Positions 1-8,351 of a stretch of 32,000 bases of DNA are shown here, in pieces. The stretch spans positions 390,001 through 422,000 of the forward strand of contig NZ_LN831039.1 in NCBI RefSeq assembly GCF_001457595.1. Direction: 5' to 3'. How positions within the stretch are numbered: position 1 is the stretch's first letter; each line of letters begins with the position of its first letter. The DNA comes from Mycolicibacterium smegmatis. GTDB taxonomy: Bacteria > Actinomycetota > Actinomycetes > Mycobacteriales > Mycobacteriaceae. The position numbers and the translations under genes are program-made. Below the pieces are notes generated by a model, which saw only the letters and a program-made list of their open reading frames with translations, searched no databases and was not told the DNA's origin.

Positions 1-2206
1 GCCCGACACGGCCGAGGAGTTCTGGTCGTTGCGCGAGACCCTCATGGAGGAGGCCGACCGGCTGCACCGCGAGCTGTTCACCGGCAACCAGGCCTACGTC
101 GAGGCGTCGGCGAAAGAGGTGCGTGCCCGCGAGGCGCGTGACGCCGTCCAGACCGAGCTGGAACGCGTGCGGCGCCTCGGCTCGTCGCTGCCCAAGACCG
201 AGTACGAGATGCGGGCCCGCATCGCGCGGGCGATCGGCATCCCCGAGCGCGACCTGATGTACGTCGCCGAGCTCATGGAGCTCAAGCCCGATGAGAGCCG
301 CTGGCGCATGGCGGTCGAGAAGGTGCTGCGCGGCGCCGGTCTGCGGCTGCTCGTTCCCGAGGCACACCTCGACGCGGCCCTGCGGTTCGTCAACGAGAAC
401 GACATGCGCGGGCGCATCCAGTTGCAGCACGTCAAGCACGACGCCCAGTTGCGCACACCCCTCGAGGGGACGCTGGCGTCCAAGCTGCAGGTCGTCGACC
501 CCACGCATGACAGCGCGGTCGAGGCGCTCAACGTCATCGCGTCGGTCGGCGACTACATGTGCGTCGACAGTCCCGACGAGTTCACGACACACACCCGTGC
601 GGTCACCGACCAGGGCCTGCGCAAGGACAGCGGGCGGCTGTCGATCAAGGACGACCGGTCCAAGCTTCGTCCGTCCGACTACATCTTCGTCGGCGGCACG
701 GAGGCGAAAGTGGCCGCGCTGCAGGCGGATCTGGCCGCGGCAGAGGATGTCTACGCGGCGGCCCGCAAGGCGCGCGAACGGCTCGACCAGCACCGCGCGG
801 CGCTGCAGGCGCGTGAACGGGCCTGCCGGGCGCTGTGTGACCAGTACATGCAGTGGACCGACATCGACACCGACTCGGCAGACGAGGCACTGACCCGCCT
901 GCAGGACGAACTCGATCTGCTGGTGTCCGACAACCCCGACGTCGAGAAACTGCAGCAGCGCGCCGACGAATGCTGGGGGCGCGTCGAGAAGGTCATCCAG
1001 CAGATCGGCTCGCTCAACGAACGCGAGACACTGCTCGACAACCGGCGCACCGCACTTCTCGAGCTCACCGAGCGGCTCAAGCCCGGCGAGATCTCGCAGC
1101 ATGCGCGCGACACCCTCGACGGGTACGCAGCAGACATCGCGCTACCGCTGGACCTGCTCGACTCCGAGCCGTTCCGCAACGAACTCGTGCGCGTCATCGG
1201 CCGCGAACGTGACCGGTTGCGTGCCGACCGCAACCGCAGCCACGACGAGCTCGCGGGCATCATGGCGGCCTACGACAGCTCGTTCCCCGACGCGATCCCC
1301 AACGACAGCGACGATTTCGACGAGCGCGTGCACGACTACGTGGCGCTGTGCCGGCGAATCGACGAGCGTGAACTGCCCGACGCCTACGAGCGCATGCAGC
1401 GGCTCATCACCGAACAGGCACCTGGCGCGATCCTCAACCTGCACATGATCGCCGACAACGAGGCGCGGCGGATCACCGAGCAGATCGCGCGCGTCAACAC
1501 CGGGCTCGGCGCGGTCGAGTTCAACCGCGGTACGCGGCTCACGCTGCACGCGGGCACGCGTCACCTCGCGGCCGTCGACGAGCTCAACGAGATGGCCCAG
1601 CGCATCTCGGCGCGGGTGTCACTCGTGAGCTTCGGCGACGAGACCGCGATGTTCGAGCAGTACACCGACATCCTGCAGCTGCGGAAACTGTTGGCGGGCA
1701 ATACGCCCGAGGACCGGCAGTGGACGCGCGACGCCCTCGACGTGCGCAACCGGTTCGTGCTGTACTGCGAGGAGCGAGACGCCGAGACCGGCGTGGTGAT
1801 CCGCACGTACAGCAATTCCGGGGACAACTCGGGCGGTGAGCAGGAGAAGCTCATGGCGTTCTGCCTGGCGGGCGCGCTGAGCTTCAACCTCGCCAGCCCT
1901 GGCAGCGCCGACACCAGGCCGATGTTCGCGCAGCTGATGCTCGACGAGGCGTTCTCGAAGTCCGATCCGCAGTTCGCGCAGCAGGCGCTGTCGGCGTTCC
2001 GCAAGTTCGGATTCCAGCTGGTGATCGTGGCGACCGTGCAGAACACCACCACCATCCAGCCGTACATCGACAGTGTCGTGATGGTGTCGAAGTCCGACGC
2101 CTCGGCGCCCAACGCCAGGCCCGTGGCCTCGGTGACCGCGGCGTCGATCGCGGAGTTCGGCGAACTCCGCCGCGGGGCCGAGCCTGAGGCGGTCCCGGCC
2201 CCGTGA
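1..2206 (+). CDS. jetC: SMC-like ABC ATPase, C-terminal part (JetC/MksB/EptC-type, COG4913-like); 5' end lies outside the window
   Basis: The frame is open from nt 2, with no stop upstream of the TTG at 29. Long Glu/Arg/Leu/Ala-rich coiled-coil stretches precede a hinge-like block (YVAELMELKPDESRWRMAVEKVLRGAGLRLLVPE). These are followed by an ABC-signature-like SGGEQEKL (~1829-1852), Walker B QLMLDEAF (~1934-1954) and the tail FGFQLVIVATVQ..IQPYIDSVVMVSK, as in Wadjet JetC-family head domains. Confidence 0.65.
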   Translation, partial: PDTAEEFWSLRETLMEEADRLHRELFTGNQAYVEASAKEVRAREARDAVQTELERVRRLGSSLPKTEYEMRARIARAIGIPERDLMYVAELMELKPDESRWRMAVEKVLRGAGLRLLVPEAHLDAALRFVNENDMRGRIQLQHVKHDAQLRTPLEGTLASKLQVVDPTHDSAVEALNVIASVGDYMCVDSPDEFTTHTRAVTDQGLRKDSGRLSIKDDRSKLRPSDYIFVGGTEAKVAALQADLAAAEDVYAAARKARERLDQHRAALQARERACRALCDQYMQWTDIDTDSADEALTRLQDELDLLVSDNPDVEKLQQRADECWGRVEKVIQQIGSLNERETLLDNRRTALLELTERLKPGEISQHARDTLDGYAADIALPLDLLDSEPFRNELVRVIGRERDRLRADRNRSHDELAGIMAAYDSSFPDAIPNDSDDFDERVHDYVALCRRIDERELPDAYERMQRLITEQAPGAILNLHMIADNEARRITEQIARVNTGLGAVEFNRGTRLTLHAGTRHLAAVDELNEMAQRISARVSLVSFGDETAMFEQYTDILQLRKLLAGNTPEDRQWTRDALDVRNRFVLYCEERDAETGVVIRTYSNSGDNSGGEQEKLMAFCLAGALSFNLASPGSADTRPMFAQLMLDEAFSKSDPQFAQQALSAFRKFGFQLVIVATVQNTTTIQPYIDSVVMVSKSDASAPNARPVASVTAASIAEFGELRRGAEPEAVPAP

Positions 2207-2221
2207 CGGCTCTCGAACGTT

Positions 2222-3079
2222 CTAGAGCGGGGTGACCGTCGCGGTCAGGTGCGGATACCCCTTGGTCAGGTGCCGCAGCGTGAGCTCCCAGCCGTCGGCG
2301 TCGCGCTCGACGTAGAGCGCGGCCTTGGCGGGCAGCACCACCGGCTTGGCGAACCGCACCGAGTACTTCACGGCGTCGGGAAGTTGCCCCTCGATGTTGG
2401 CCAGAACGGCTGCGGCGCTGAACATCCCGTGAGCGATCACGGTGGGGAAGCCGAACAGCTTGGCCGCGATCGCGTTGGTGTGGATCGGATTGTGATCCCC
2501 ACCGACCGCGGCGTAGTGCCGGATCTGCCCCGGCGTGATGCGCAGGACCGCGTTGGGCGGCGGCAATTTCGGCTGCTTCTGCGGTGGCGGCTTGGGCTCG
2601 CCGGACAGGCTCGTGCGCTGCTGGTGCAGGAACGTCGTCACCTGGTGCCAGGCCAACTCGTTGCCCACCTTGACGTCGGTGACGATGTCGACGAGCAGGC
2701 CGCGGCGGTGCTCACGCAGGTTCTCGGCGTGCACCGCGACGCCGACGGTGTCGGTCACCGCGATCGGCCGGTACTGCGTGATGTGGTTCTCGATGTGCAC
2801 CGAACCCATTGCCGCGAACGGGAAGTCGAGGCCGGTCACCAGCGACATCACCGCCGGGAACGTCAGCGTGAACGGGTAGGTGAGCGGCACGGCGTCGCCG
2901 AACCGCAGGCCGGTCACCTGGGCGTACTCGGCGACGTTGGCCGGATCGATCGTCAGGTCGTCGACCGTGACGGTGCGCTTGGGCAGGCTCTCGCTGCGGG
3001 TGACGAACGGCAGGGCGCCGACCACGGCCCGCGCCATGTTCTTCAGCCCACTGGGCTGGGTGGTCTGTGTATCGGCCAC
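2222..3079 (-). CDS. htdX: MaoC-like double hot-dog 3-hydroxyacyl-thioester dehydratase (HtdX, Rv0241c-like)
   Basis: The 285-aa product has an N-terminus TQPSGLKNM..TVTVDDLTIDPANVAEYAQVTGLRFGD..PLTYPF and a C-terminal MaoC motif GGDHNPIHTN. Its start codon lies 1 nt downstream of the fabG4 stop, the same pairing as M. tuberculosis Rv0242c-Rv0241c. Confidence 0.85.
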   Translation of the reverse strand: MADTQTTQPSGLKNMARAVVGALPFVTRSESLPKRTVTVDDLTIDPANVAEYAQVTGLRFGDAVPLTYPFTLTFPAVMSLVTGLDFPFAAMGSVHIENHITQYRPIAVTDTVGVAVHAENLREHRRGLLVDIVTDVKVGNELAWHQVTTFLHQQRTSLSGEPKPPPQKQPKLPPPNAVLRITPGQIRHYAAVGGDHNPIHTNAIAAKLFGFPTVIAHGMFSAAAVLANIEGQLPDAVKYSVRFAKPVVLPAKAALYVERDADGWELTLRHLTKGYPHLTATVTPL

Positions 3080-3080
3080 C

Positions 3081-4433
3081 TCACGCCCCCAGCATCGCCT
3101 GGCCGCACACGCGGATGGTGTTGCCCGTCACCGCGTTCGAGGCGGGGCTGGCGAAGTACGCGATCAACTCGGCCACGTCGACGGGCTGGCCGCCCTGGAA
3201 CAGCGAGTTGAGCCGCCTGCCCACCTCACGCGTGGCGAGCGGGATGGCCTCGGTCATCTTGGTCTCGATGAAACCGGGTGCGACGGCGTTGATCGTGATG
3301 CCCTTGTCGGCCAGCACGGGCGCCAGCGCCTCGGCCAGCCCGATCATCCCGGCCTTGGTGGTGGCGTAATTGGTCTGGCCGCGGTTGCCCGCGATGCCCG
3401 CCATCGACGACAGGCCGATCACCCGGCCGCCCTCGCCGATGGTTCCGTTGCCCACCAGGCCTTCGGTGAGGCGCTGCGGCGCGAGCAGGTTGACGGCGAT
3501 CACCGCGTCCCAGCGCTTCTCGTCCATGTTGGCGAGCAGCTTGTCGCGCGTGATACGCGCGTTGTTGACGAGGATGTCGACCTTGCCGCCATGGTGTTCG
3601 GTGACGTGCGCGGTGATCTTGTCGACGGCGTCGTCGGCGGTCACGTCGAGCGTGAGTGCGGTGCCGCCCACCTTGTCGGCGACGCGCTTGAGATCCTCGG
3701 CCGCACCGTCGACGTCGATCGCCACCACGGTCGCGCCGTCACGCGCGAACACCTCGGCGATCGTCGCGCCGATACCGCGGGCCGCGCCGGTGACCACGGC
3801 GACCTTGCCGTCGAGCGGCTTGTCCCAGTCGGCGGGCGGAGTCGAATCGGCGGCGCCGACGCGGAACACCTGACCGTCGACGTAGGCCGACTTGGCCGAC
3901 AGGATGAACCGCATGGTCGACTCGAGACCCGTGGCGCCCGGCTTGGCGTCGGCCGAGAGATAGACCAGGGAGACGGTCGCGCCACGGCGCAGCTCCTTGC
4001 CCAGCGAGCGCGTGAAACCTTCCAGCGCCCGCTGCACCACCTGTGCGTGGACGCTGCCGGCCTCCGCGGGCGTGGTGCCGACGACGACCACCCGCGCACA
4101 CGGCGCGAGGTTGCGCAGCAGCGGCGTGAAGAACGTGTAGAGCTCCTTGAGGCCCTCGGCCTCGGTGATGCCCGTGGCGTCGAACACCACGCCGCCGAAC
4201 GAATCGGCCCACCGGCCACCGATGTTGTTGGACACCAGGTTGTAGTCGTCGGCCAATGCGGTGCGCAGGGGTTCGGCCACGCGGCCGGATCCGCCGATCA
4301 GCAGCGAGCCCGCCAGCGGCGGGTCACCGGGGCGGTAGCGGCGCAACGTCTCGGGCTGCGGCACGCCCAGCTGCTTGGCCAGGAACGATCCCGGCCCGGA
4401 ATTGACCACTTGGGAAAACAGGTCCGAAGCCAC
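3081..4433 (-). CDS. fabG4: Two-domain 3-oxoacyl-(ACP/CoA) reductase FabG4 (Rv0242c-like SDR)
   Basis: The 450-aa product starts [33 protein letters not shown], characteristic of FabG4. The C-terminal SDR domain carries [12 protein letters not shown] (TGxxxGxG), NNAGI-like NNARI and a YATTKAG catalytic Y-x3-K. Confidence 0.9.
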   Translation of the reverse strand: MASDLFSQVVNSGPGSFLAKQLGVPQPETLRRYRPGDPPLAGSLLIGGSGRVAEPLRTALADDYNLVSNNIGGRWADSFGGVVFDATGITEAEGLKELYTFFTPLLRNLAPCARVVVVGTTPAEAGSVHAQVVQRALEGFTRSLGKELRRGATVSLVYLSADAKPGATGLESTMRFILSAKSAYVDGQVFRVGAADSTPPADWDKPLDGKVAVVTGAARGIGATIAEVFARDGATVVAIDVDGAAEDLKRVADKVGGTALTLDVTADDAVDKITAHVTEHHGGKVDILVNNARITRDKLLANMDEKRWDAVIAVNLLAPQRLTEGLVGNGTIGEGGRVIGLSSMAGIAGNRGQTNYATTKAGMIGLAEALAPVLADKGITINAVAPGFIETKMTEAIPLATREVGRRLNSLFQGGQPVDVAELIAYFASPASNAVTGNTIRVCGQAMLGA

Positions 4434-4476
4434 TTCAGCTGCCTTTCGCTCGCGGTACTACCTTGTCCCTACCGAA

Positions 4477-4492
4477 CTTACTCCAGAGTAAG
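4477..4492. promoter_or_regulatory. Perfect 6-4-6 palindrome CTTACTccagAGTAAG in the fabG4/fadA2 divergent intergenic region (candidate operator)
   Basis: Read directly from the sequence. It lies in the 80-bp gap between the divergent starts at 4433 and 4514. No regulator is encoded nearby, so the function is inferred. Confidence 0.3.
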
Positions 4493-4501
4493 AACAGTGG
4501 G

Positions 4502-4507
4502 TAATAT
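4502..4507 (+). promoter_or_regulatory. Candidate -10 hexamer TAATAT placed for a leaderless fadA2 transcript
   Basis: TAATAT fits the mycobacterial TANNNT -10 and ends 7 nt before the A of the fadA2 ATG (4514). There is no Shine-Dalgarno purine run between them. Confidence 0.4.
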
Positions 4508-4513
4508 GGGCCC

Positions 4514-5812
4514 ATGGCCAATGAATCGAGACGCCGTGTCGCCGTCCTCGGCGGCAACCGGATTCCGTTCGCGCGATCCGACGGTGCGTACGCCAACGCC
4601 TCCAACCAGGACATGTTCACCGCGGCCCTCGGCGGGTTGATCGACCGGTTCAACCTGGCCGGCGAGCAGCTCGGCGCGGTGATCGGCGGGGCCGTGCTCA
4701 AGCACAGCCGCGACTTCAACCTCATGCGCGAGTGCGTGCTGGGCAGCGCGCTGTCGCCCTACACCCCCGCCTTCGACATCCAGCAGGCCTGCGGCACGGG
4801 TCTGCAGGCCGCCATCGCCGCAGCCGACGGCATCGCCGCGGGTCGCTACGAGTCCGCTGCCGCCGGTGGTGTGGACACCGCGTCGGACGCGCCGATCGCG
4901 TTCGGCAACGATCTGCGCCGCGTGCTGCTCGGCCTGCGGAGGGCGAAGTCGAACGTCGACCGTCTCAAGCTCGTCGGCAAGCTGCCGGCGTCGCTCGGCG
5001 TCGAGATCCCCGTCAACAGCGAACCGCGCACCGGCATGTCGATGGGCGAGCACGCGGCAGTGACCGCCAAGGCGATGGGCATCAAGCGCGTCGAGCAGGA
5101 CGAACTCGCGGCGGCCAGCCACCGCAACATGGCTGCGGCGTATGACGCCGGGTTCTTCGACGATCTGGTGACGCCGTTCCTCGGCGTCTACCGCGACAAC
5201 AACCTGCGCGCCGATTCGAGTGTCGAGAAGCTCGCGAAGCTCAAGCCGGTGTTCGGCGTGAAGGCCGGCGACGCGACGATGACGGCCGGCAACTCGACAC
5301 CGCTGACCGACGGCGCCTCGGTGGCTCTGCTGGCCAGCGAGGACTGGGCGCAGGCCCGCGGCCTGGAGCCGCTCGCGTACTTCGTCGACGCCGAAACCGC
5401 GGCCGTCGACTACGTCAACGGGCCCGACGGGCTGCTGATGGCTCCCACCTACGCGGTACCGCGCCTGCTCGCGCGCAACAACCTCACGCTGCAGGACTTC
5501 GACTTCTACGAGATCCACGAGGCGTTCGCCTCGGTGGTCCTCGCGCACCTGCAGGCGTGGGAGTCCGACGAGTACTGCAAGGAGCGGCTGGGCCTCGACA
5601 AGGCGCTCGGCTCGATCGACCGCACGAAGCTCAACGTCAACGGCTCGTCGCTCGCGGCCGGGCACCCGTTCGCGGCGACGGGCGGCCGGATCGTCGCGCA
5701 ACTGGCCAAGCAGCTCGCGGAGAAGAAGAAATCCACCGGCCGGCCGGTGCGCGGTCTGATCTCGATCTGTGCGGCCGGCGGCCAGGGCGTCGCGGCGATC
5801 CTGGAGGCCTGA
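4514..5812 (+). CDS. fadA2: Acetyl-CoA C-acyltransferase (thiolase) FadA2, Rv0243-like
   Basis: The 432-aa product has thiolase hallmarks: active-site QQACGTGLQA (Cys), NVNGSSLAAGHPFAATGGR (His) and the C-terminal ICAAGGQGVAAILE (Cys). It is divergent from fabG4, as in M. tuberculosis. Confidence 0.9.
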   Translation: MANESRRRVAVLGGNRIPFARSDGAYANASNQDMFTAALGGLIDRFNLAGEQLGAVIGGAVLKHSRDFNLMRECVLGSALSPYTPAFDIQQACGTGLQAAIAAADGIAAGRYESAAAGGVDTASDAPIAFGNDLRRVLLGLRRAKSNVDRLKLVGKLPASLGVEIPVNSEPRTGMSMGEHAAVTAKAMGIKRVEQDELAAASHRNMAAAYDAGFFDDLVTPFLGVYRDNNLRADSSVEKLAKLKPVFGVKAGDATMTAGNSTPLTDGASVALLASEDWAQARGLEPLAYFVDAETAAVDYVNGPDGLLMAPTYAVPRLLARNNLTLQDFDFYEIHEAFASVVLAHLQAWESDEYCKERLGLDKALGSIDRTKLNVNGSSLAAGHPFAATGGRIVAQLAKQLAEKKKSTGRPVRGLISICAAGGQGVAAILEA

Positions 5813-5830
5813 GAACCCTCGCGGACGGGG

Positions 5831-5862
5831 CCCGAAAAACATTCCAAAAGTTTGTTTTCGGG
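5831..5862 (+). terminator. Hairpin downstream of fadA2 (CCCGAAAA(A)C / GTTTTCGGG, 13-nt loop)
   Basis: A 9-bp stem with one bulged A begins 19 nt after the fadA2 stop. No U-tract follows, so it is not a canonical intrinsic terminator. Confidence 0.3.
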
Positions 5863-5906
5863 ACGTGTAACGGAGGCGTCCGGGGGGTCGATAGACGAGT
5901 AGCTCC

Positions 5907-5942
5907 GTGTTGCCGTCTGACCCCCCGACCCGACGGCAACAC
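5907..5942 (+). terminator. 11-bp perfect inverted repeat GTGTTGCCGTC / GACGGCAACAC with a 14-nt C-rich loop
   Basis: Read directly from the sequence. It is the second of several hairpins in the 5813-6177 spacer. Confidence 0.3.
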
Positions 5943-6177
5943 GGGGCCATTTACTTCAAGGCTCCGGATGCCGGGGTAGTGCGATTCGATCGAAATTTCC
6001 TCTGGTCTGAGGGGTACCCGAGGCGTACGATCGTTCGTACGACGGGTTCGGGAGTGGCTTGATCCAAAGAGTCGGTTCAGGGGTGAAAAACCGACGGCGC
6101 GAGACGAGTAGTGACGCCCCCAAAGTGCCCTCCCGAACCCGCCCTTTTGTGTCGGGGCCTCCTGCGCAATCGCTGGC

Positions 6178-6358
6178 GTGGCCGTGCGTCAGCTCGCCCA
6201 GCTGCACGACGAAGGGTTCGCCCGCGTCTGGATGAGCCAGATGCCCTTCGAGCCCGACCTGCTGACCGCGCTGGCCGTTGTGTTAGAACCAGCACCCGAT
6301 GCTGATGGCGCAGCACGCGTTGACGCTGAGCCTGATCAGCGGCGCACACCGATCTTGA
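6178..6358 (+). pseudogene. Decayed fragment of a luciferase-like (LLM, F420/flavin-dependent) oxidoreductase
   Basis: One frame reads VRQLAQLHDEGFARVWMSQMPFEPDLLTALAVV. After a stop/frame change, a second frame (6293-6343) reads HPMLMAQHALTLSLISG. Both resemble consecutive conserved LLM N-terminal blocks, but about 15-20 aa between them are missing. The remnant runs into the 3' end of the convergent FAD-oxidase gene. Confidence 0.4.
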
Positions 6359-8204
6359 AGATCAGCGCCCGCAGCGCACCGAAGGCGCCGTGACCGCCGA
6401 TGTAGAGGCGCTTGGCGTCATACCCCGCAACATCTTTCATGGTCTCGGCGCCGAAGCGTGCCGCGGCGTTGCCGTCGACGACGGTGACATCCGCGCCGAG
6501 CAGCGCGTGGCGGATGCCGATGCGCTCGGCGCCGGTCGCCGTCGCGACCACCTCGCCGATGCTGCGCTCACCGCCGGTGGCGGGCACCGCGGGGCAGAAG
6601 ATGCCGTGATCGTCGAGGTAGCGGTTGATCTGCTCGACCGTCGCGTCGGCGCCGACGACGAGGCTCAGATTGCCCAGGTTGGCAGCGATGCCGGTGTCGG
6701 TGCCGGTGGTCAGCGCGGCGCCAGGATCGGTGAGCAGCGTGCCTTCCACGGCGTCGCGGACCGCGGTGCCGAACGCCGCCGTGACGGGTTCGTCGGGTGA
6801 CTGCTCGGGCAGCATCACACCCGGATTGAGCAGCCCGGCCGGATCGAAGGCCTGCTTGATCGCGCGCTGGGCGGCGATCTCCACGGGCGTGAAACGCTTG
6901 GTCATGAACTGGATCTTCTCGGTGCCCACACCGTGCTCGCCGGTGATGGTGCCACCCAATCTCAATGCGGCTTCGATGATCTCGTTGTTCGCGGCCGCCA
7001 GAGCCGGGGCCGCCAGCGGGTTGTCCTTGTCGTAGAACGTGGTGGGGTGCAGATCGCCGTCGCCTGCGTGGCCGCACACCGCGATGAACAGCAACCCGTC
7101 CTTGTGCCGGTCGGCGGTGGCGCCGATGGCCTCCTGCATCTCCGGGATGCGGTCGCGGGGCACGGTGACGTCACCGATGAAGAAGCCCTTGCCGCTCTGG
7201 ACCACCGAATCCGGGGCGTGCAGGCGGCCGTACCACAGTGCGGCCCTGTCCTTCTCGTCCTCGGCGATACGAACGGTGGTGGCCCGTTCGCGTAACACCC
7301 GTTCCACGATCGCCTGATCGCGTGCCACCTCGTCGGCAGTGCCGTCGACGTCGATCAGCACGATCGAATCGGCGTCGAGTGGATACCCCGTGTCGTAGAA
7401 CTGCTGCAGGCCCATGATGCCGTCGTGGTCGAGCCATTCCACGGCCGCGGGCACCACGCCGGTCGCGATGATCGCCGCGATGGTGTCGGCGGCCTCACGT
7501 GCCGTGGCGAAGGCGCCCATCAGGCTGTGCGTCACCTCGGCCACCGGTCGCAGCGCGACAGTGGCCTTGGTGACGATGCCGAGGGTGCCCTCCGATCCGA
7601 TGATCAGGCCGAGCAGGTCGGGGCCGTCATCCTCGGCGTCGAGGGTCACGGTGGTGCCGTCGGGCAGGACGACCTCGACACCGAGGATGTGGTTGTACGT
7701 CACTCCGTACTTCAAAGCATGTGGCCCGCCGGCATTCTCGATGATGTTGCCGCCCACGGTGGCCAGATGAGCCGACACCGGATCGGGTGAGAAACACAGG
7801 CCGTAAGGGGCCAGGTGCTCCTGCAGGGCGGAGTTCACCACACCGGGTTCCACGCGCGCGCACCGGCCCTCGACGTCGACGTCGATGATCTGGTTCAGGT
7901 TCGACAGGTCCAGCAGCACACGTCCGCGAGCCGGCATCATGCCGCCGGAGCAGTTCGACGCGCCGCCACGGGGCACGATCGGAACCTGGTGCTGAGACGC
8001 GATCCGCATGATCGCGGCGACCTCGTCACGGTCGTGGGGGTGCAGCAGCAACTCTGCGGTGCCGCCGACACCCCAGAAGTCGTGGCCTCGTGCGTCGAGG
8101 ACCGCACCATCGGTGATCACCTCGGCGTGGCCGGCCACGGCCTCGGTGAACCGGTGGATCAGGGTCTTGTCGACGGTGACGTTCGGTGCAGTGAGAGCGG
8201 ACAT
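6336..8204 (-). CDS. FAD-linked oxidase (GlcD/D-lactate dehydrogenase-like) with an additional C-terminal GlcE-like FAD-binding segment
   Basis: PCMH-type FAD-binding motif HQVPIVPRGGASNCSGG. The FAD-oxidase C domain ends ..AFDPAGLLNPGVMLP. About 190 extra residues follow (LVVGADATVEQINRYLDDHG..TMKDVAGYDAKRLYIGGHGAFGALRALIFKI) and resemble the N-half of GlcE. The start at 8204 (MSALT) is preferred because AAGGA lies 9 nt upstream; the ORF track extends to 8291. Confidence 0.75.
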   Translation of the reverse strand: MSALTAPNVTVDKTLIHRFTEAVAGHAEVITDGAVLDARGHDFWGVGGTAELLLHPHDRDEVAAIMRIASQHQVPIVPRGGASNCSGGMMPARGRVLLDLSNLNQIIDVDVEGRCARVEPGVVNSALQEHLAPYGLCFSPDPVSAHLATVGGNIIENAGGPHALKYGVTYNHILGVEVVLPDGTTVTLDAEDDGPDLLGLIIGSEGTLGIVTKATVALRPVAEVTHSLMGAFATAREAADTIAAIIATGVVPAAVEWLDHDGIMGLQQFYDTGYPLDADSIVLIDVDGTADEVARDQAIVERVLRERATTVRIAEDEKDRAALWYGRLHAPDSVVQSGKGFFIGDVTVPRDRIPEMQEAIGATADRHKDGLLFIAVCGHAGDGDLHPTTFYDKDNPLAAPALAAANNEIIEAALRLGGTITGEHGVGTEKIQFMTKRFTPVEIAAQRAIKQAFDPAGLLNPGVMLPEQSPDEPVTAAFGTAVRDAVEGTLLTDPGAALTTGTDTGIAANLGNLSLVVGADATVEQINRYLDDHGIFCPAVPATGGERSIGEVVATATGAERIGIRHALLGADVTVVDGNAAARFGAETMKDVAGYDAKRLYIGGHGAFGALRALIFKIGVRR

Positions 8205-8351
8205 TTGAACCATTCCTTTGCGGGCCGGGGCTTGGGCGTCCCCTGTAGATTCCCTGTGCGCGCCGCCGAAGTCTGCGCCGTTGTCCCCCAAACCGGGGGC
8301 ACGCTGGCGGTAGATCCCGATGGGTGCCAGCGGGTAGTCCCGCGGTGAACG

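Noticed and set aside
2880-4640. 586-aa plus-strand ORF, antisense to fabG4
   Set aside because: Low-complexity Arg/Gly/Asp/His-rich translation, whereas the opposite strand encodes a near-textbook FabG4.
4478-5950. 490-aa ORF on the minus strand, antisense to fadA2
   Set aside because: The translation is Arg/Gly/Ala/Val-rich with no recognisable motif. It fully overlaps a thiolase gene with clear catalytic motifs. This is a typical high-GC antisense artefact.
6334-6367. 8-bp direct repeat GATCAGCG (6334 and 6360) as a deletion scar at the proposed junction
   Set aside because: Too short to distinguish from chance in GC-rich DNA, and a simple repeat-mediated deletion would leave only one copy.
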